From assembly GCA_964637105.1 (NCBI GenBank), contig CAZWVY010000003.1, positions 373 through 64,372 of the forward strand: a stretch of 64,000 nucleotides of DNA, given 5' to 3'. The position numbers and the translations under genes were made by a program. The stretch's first letter is position 1. Every line of letters starts with the position of its first letter. This DNA is from an uncultured Sangeribacter sp. (GTDB lineage Bacteria; Bacteroidota; Bacteroidia; Bacteroidales; Muribaculaceae). This document shows, in pieces, positions 61,004-64,000 of this stretch. Under the pieces are notes generated by a model. That model had not been told where the DNA came from. It made no database searches and saw only the letters and a program-made list of their open reading frames with translations.

Positions 61004-61558
61004 GCCCTCCCTGCGCAGGCAGAACAGCCGCACAGCGTCCCGCCCTTTTGATGTGCGTCTCCATCCGGGCAGCCTTCCGCAATCCTCCCAACTTGAGAAG
61101 AGCCGCAGGCTCGCTTCATTGCTCTGCGCCACCTTGGCTCCGAGAGCATACAGGCCCAACCGCGAAAATGCCAGGCGCGCAATGGCCTCCACTGCCATCC
61201 GCCCAATGCCCCTGCGCCTCCATTGGGGAGCTATGTATATCCCTGCCCAGGCGGTGAGGTCTCTGACTGAGATGTCATACAGGTCAGCTATGCCGGCCCC
61301 CTCCCATTCTGCCCCCGTCATGCCTCTTCGAGGCTGCGCTACGGCTTCTTCACCATATTCACGGCATACCTCCACAATCAGACGCAGCTGCCCGGCCCTG
61401 AAGGGGTCGGCATCGTAGCCTAAGGCATAGTCCAGCACCTGGCGCCGGCTCAGGGGCGCCATATAATCGGAGCTGTCCGCGCACGTGCCGTCATTCTCGG
61501 CAAGCCACATCAGCTCTGCATCCTCAGGCTCGACGGCCCTCAAGCGTATCTGCATCAT
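60959..61558 (-). CDS. GNAT family N-acetyltransferase (RimL/SpeG-like)
   Basis: [28 protein letters not shown] and NEASLRLF. Start moved to ATG 61558, after the yqgE stop. Confidence 0.8.
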   Translation of the reverse strand: MMQIRLRAVEPEDAELMWLAENDGTCADSSDYMAPLSRRQVLDYALGYDADPFRAGQLRLIVEVCREYGEEAVAQPRRGMTGAEWEGAGIADLYDISVRDLTAWAGIYIAPQWRRRGIGRMAVEAIARLAFSRLGLYALGAKVAQSNEASLRLFSSWEDCGRLPGWRRTSKGRDAVRLFCLRREGSAAEGVAERDAVED

Positions 61559-61571
61559 CAGTGGAGAGCCT

Positions 61572-62183
61572 TCAATTGAGCCAGGGCGTTTCGGGCACCA
61601 CCAGCCAGCTGCGGCAGGCATCGCCGAGGCGCGCCACTTCGCGCCGCCAGTATTCATTCTCGCTTCCTTGGAGCAGGCGCACCACATCTTCGCGCTCAGT
61701 GCCCGGCCCGGCTACGGCCCATGACCTCGAGAGAAGCTCCTTGTCAAGCTGCCCCGCGCCCCAGCCGCTGTAGCCAAGGAAGAAACGTATCTTCCCCTCT
61801 ATTTCACCGCCTGACTTGATATATCTGCTGATGGCCTCGAGCTCTCCCCCTACATACAGGCCGGGCAGAATCTCGTGGCTGCCGGGAAAGATGTCTCCCA
61901 AGGTGTGGAGCATGAAGAGACGCTGCTCCTCCACCGGGCCACCGCTGTAAACCTCAATGTCGGCGCCATGCACCCAGTCTTTGAAAATATCGCCTAAGCG
62001 CAGGCCTGCCCGCTTGTTTAGCGTCAGGCCTATATAGCCCCCGGCCTGGTCCTTCTCCAGAATCAGGACGACTGAGCGCCGGAAGTATGGCTCCTTCATC
62101 AGCGGCTCGGCCAGAAGGAGAGCCCGGCGCGTGGGCGCCGTGCCCGGCTCGAGTCCGTCAAATAGCAATTTTTCTATATCCAT
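61572..62183 (-). CDS. YqgE/AlgH (UPF0301) family protein
   Basis: Motifs LLAEP...YFRRSVV, GGPV and RFFLGYSGWGAGQL. Confidence 0.92.
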   Translation of the reverse strand: MDIEKLLFDGLEPGTAPTRRALLLAEPLMKEPYFRRSVVLILEKDQAGGYIGLTLNKRAGLRLGDIFKDWVHGADIEVYSGGPVEEQRLFMLHTLGDIFPGSHEILPGLYVGGELEAISRYIKSGGEIEGKIRFFLGYSGWGAGQLDKELLSRSWAVAGPGTEREDVVRLLQGSENEYWRREVARLGDACRSWLVVPETPWLN

Positions 62184-62187
62184 GCCG

Positions 62188-62195
62188 CAAAATTA
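62188..62195 (-). promoter_or_regulatory. -7 element directly before the yqgE ATG
   Basis: TAATTTTG on the minus strand; the ATG begins 5 nt after the final G. Confidence 0.6.
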
Positions 62196-62301
62196 ACCTA
62201 TTTCCCCGATATGCGCCCCCCATAGCAGGATTTTTTGATAAAAAATTTAGGTTTCCTTGCAATTTTATCGAAATTTATTGCGCATACTCCGCGAGATTAA
62301 T

Positions 62302-62309
62302 TAACTTTG
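62302..62309 (+). promoter_or_regulatory. -7 element directly before the aspartokinase ATG
   Basis: TAACTTTG; the ATG begins 6 nt after the final G. Confidence 0.6.
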
Positions 62310-62314
62310 CAATC

Positions 62315-63685
62315 ATGATTGTTCTGAAATTTGGAGGCACTTCCGTAGGCACCCCGGACAGTCTGCGGAACGTGCGCGAAATCGCATACGGTCTCAAGGA
62401 GCCGGCCATAATCGTGGTGTCGGCTCTGGGAGGATTGACCGACAAGCTCATAGCGACCGCCCGCGCTGCGGCCGCCGGCGAAGACACGGCCCCCGAGATG
62501 GAGGCCATCGCAAACAGACACCACCAGATCATCAGCGAGGTCGTGCCCCAGGAGCGGCGCGAGGAGGTGCTCCGACAAGTGGACCCCCTGCTTGCCGAAC
62601 TCGGGCGCATCTACGAGGGCCTCGCCCTCATCGGAGACCTGCCTGACCGCACGCTCGATGTCATAGTCAGCTTCGGCGAACGCATGTCTGCGCCCATAGT
62701 GGCCGGAATGATCGACGGCGCCAGATGCCACTACTCCCCCTCATTCGTCAAAACCGAAAAATGGTTTGGCAAGAACATCGCCGACACTCCGCTCACTACC
62801 CGGCTGATCCGCGAGGAATTTGACGAGGTGAAGCTCGAAGTCACCGGCGGTTTCATCGCCTCAGACCGCGATACGGAGGAGATTACCAACATCGGGCGCG
62901 GCGGCTCCGACTACACCGCCGCACTCATCGCCGCCGCCCTCGATGCCCGCTTGCTCGACATCTGGACCGATGTCGACGGTTTCATGACCTCCGACCCCCG
63001 CATCATACCCTCAGCCCGGGTCATTCCGGCCATGACCTTCGTGGAGAGCATGGAACTCTGCTCCTTCGGGGCCAAAGTCATATATCCTCCGACAATCTAT
63101 CCCGTGTTCCATAAGAACATCCCTATACGTATACTAAATACGTTCAATCCCTCCGCGCCAGGAACGTTCATCTCCGACCGTTCCGCGGAGGACCGCACCG
63201 GTCCCGTGACCGGCCTGTCCACCCTGCGCGCCACATGCCTGGTGACGCTCAGCGGTCCCATGACCGCCAATATCGCCACCCTGAACTCCCGCGCCTACAA
63301 TGCCATGGCTCGAAATGGCATACAGGTCTACCTCCTCGCCCAGCCGGGCGACTCTCCCAATTTTTCTTTCGCTGTGGCGCAGGCTGACTCACAGTCAGCC
63401 ATCAATGTGCTCAACGAAGAATTTGCTCCAGAACTTATCGACGGCGATCTGGAAGCCATCTCCCTCAAGGAGGGCCTCGCCACTATCGCAGTGGTCGGCG
63501 ACAACCTCCGCGACGAGGCCGGACTCGGCGCCCGAATCGTCCACTCCCTCACCCGTGCCGGCTTGAATGTGGAAGCCGTCTCTGACGGATCCTCGGAAAC
63601 CACCGTGACCATCATGGTGCCCGAAGAGGCCGCCAATGACGCACTCCGACTCCTGCACGGCCTTTTCTTCCCCGAATCTTGTTAA
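62315..63685 (+). CDS. Aspartate kinase (ThrA-type kinase plus two ACT domains, no HSDH domain)
   Basis: Motifs LKFGGTSVG, VVSALGG, SFGERMS, GRGGSDYTA, IWTDVDG and FGAKVIYP. Start moved from 62087 to 62315. Confidence 0.9.
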   Translation: MIVLKFGGTSVGTPDSLRNVREIAYGLKEPAIIVVSALGGLTDKLIATARAAAAGEDTAPEMEAIANRHHQIISEVVPQERREEVLRQVDPLLAELGRIYEGLALIGDLPDRTLDVIVSFGERMSAPIVAGMIDGARCHYSPSFVKTEKWFGKNIADTPLTTRLIREEFDEVKLEVTGGFIASDRDTEEITNIGRGGSDYTAALIAAALDARLLDIWTDVDGFMTSDPRIIPSARVIPAMTFVESMELCSFGAKVIYPPTIYPVFHKNIPIRILNTFNPSAPGTFISDRSAEDRTGPVTGLSTLRATCLVTLSGPMTANIATLNSRAYNAMARNGIQVYLLAQPGDSPNFSFAVAQADSQSAINVLNEEFAPELIDGDLEAISLKEGLATIAVVGDNLRDEAGLGARIVHSLTRAGLNVEAVSDGSSETTVTIMVPEEAANDALRLLHGLFFPESC

Positions 63686-63715
63686 GTGTATATAATCTTA
63701 TCTCAATTTACGACT

Positions 63716-64000
63716 ATGGAAATTAAAAACGCAAAATATGTAATTTCTAACACCAGAGCAGACAAATGCCCTGACACCGACGTCCCCGAATATGCCTTTA
63801 TCGGTCGTTCAAACGTCGGCAAATCTTCTCTCATCAATATGCTTGCAAACAACAAAAATCTCGCGAAGACCTCCCAGCTTCCCGGCAAGACTCTTCTTAT
63901 CAATCACTTCTCCGTCAACAGCGGCGACTGGTACATAGTCGACCTGCCCGGCTACGGATATGCCCAGCGCGGCAAATCACAGCGCGAGGAAATCAAGCGC
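63716..64000 (+). CDS. engB: Ribosome biogenesis GTPase YihA/YsxC (3' end truncated by the window edge; not in the ORF track)
   Basis: Translated by hand: [12 protein letters not shown]...[17 protein letters not shown]...[12 protein letters not shown]...VDLPGYGYA. Confidence 0.95.
   Translation, partial: MEIKNAKYVISNTRADKCPDTDVPEYAFIGRSNVGKSSLINMLANNKNLAKTSQLPGKTLLINHFSVNSGDWYIVDLPGYGYAQRGKSQREEIKR

Noticed and set aside
62087-62314. Long N-terminal extensions in the ORF track (aspartokinase; also PASTA, GNAT, tsaC, maf)
   Set aside because: They overlap promoters or neighbouring genes, and the family motifs start at the downstream ATGs.

Overview
A GC-rich Bacteroidales chromosomal segment, most likely Muribaculaceae. 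That placement is inferred from the protein families, the TAnnTTTG promoters, the T9SS translocon SprA and the style of the C-terminal sorting domain. About 52 genes can be called and most are housekeeping: nadE (5' partial), tsaC, a WbaP/WcaJ-like sugar transferase, a ClC channel, fmt, menDBCE, a Crp/Fnr regulator, an LTA-synthase-like gene, lpxD-lpxC/fabZ-lpxA, the mce-mmdA-D-C-B sodium-pumping methylmalonyl-CoA decarboxylase operon, hrpB, dnaK, spt, tgt, lptF/G, tpx, rluA, bamD, rpoZ, maf, kdsC, glucokinase, clpB, sprA, ruvA, recR, aspartokinase and engB (3' partial). I see no tRNA, rRNA, CRISPR array, integrase or intact IS. The unexplained structure is mostly non-coding. (1) A family of 17-bp hairpins with a 7-bp stem and a GGA/AGA triloop occurs in four sequence variants with compensatory stem changes, and some copies carry GTAG/GTGG feet. 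They form doublets, tandem arrays and a nested 375-bp element, which fits a REP/RAYT-type system whose transposase lies outside the window. One array also builds tandem consensus Bacteroidota promoters. (2) A second family of ~37-bp palindromic repeats has 3 copies. (3) There is a perfect 70-bp palindrome and a 33-bp-arm inverted repeat. Coding candidates worth follow-up are an AT-rich Rpn-HrpB-AAA/DUF234 block, a non-catalytic triple-CBM protein with a T9SS-type tail, a serine palmitoyltransferase with Arg>Pro in a conserved loop, a ThrA-type aspartokinase lacking its HSDH domain, an orphan ATP-grasp-like protein and a small Lys/His-rich lipoprotein. All family calls come from motif recognition and recall; no searches were run.
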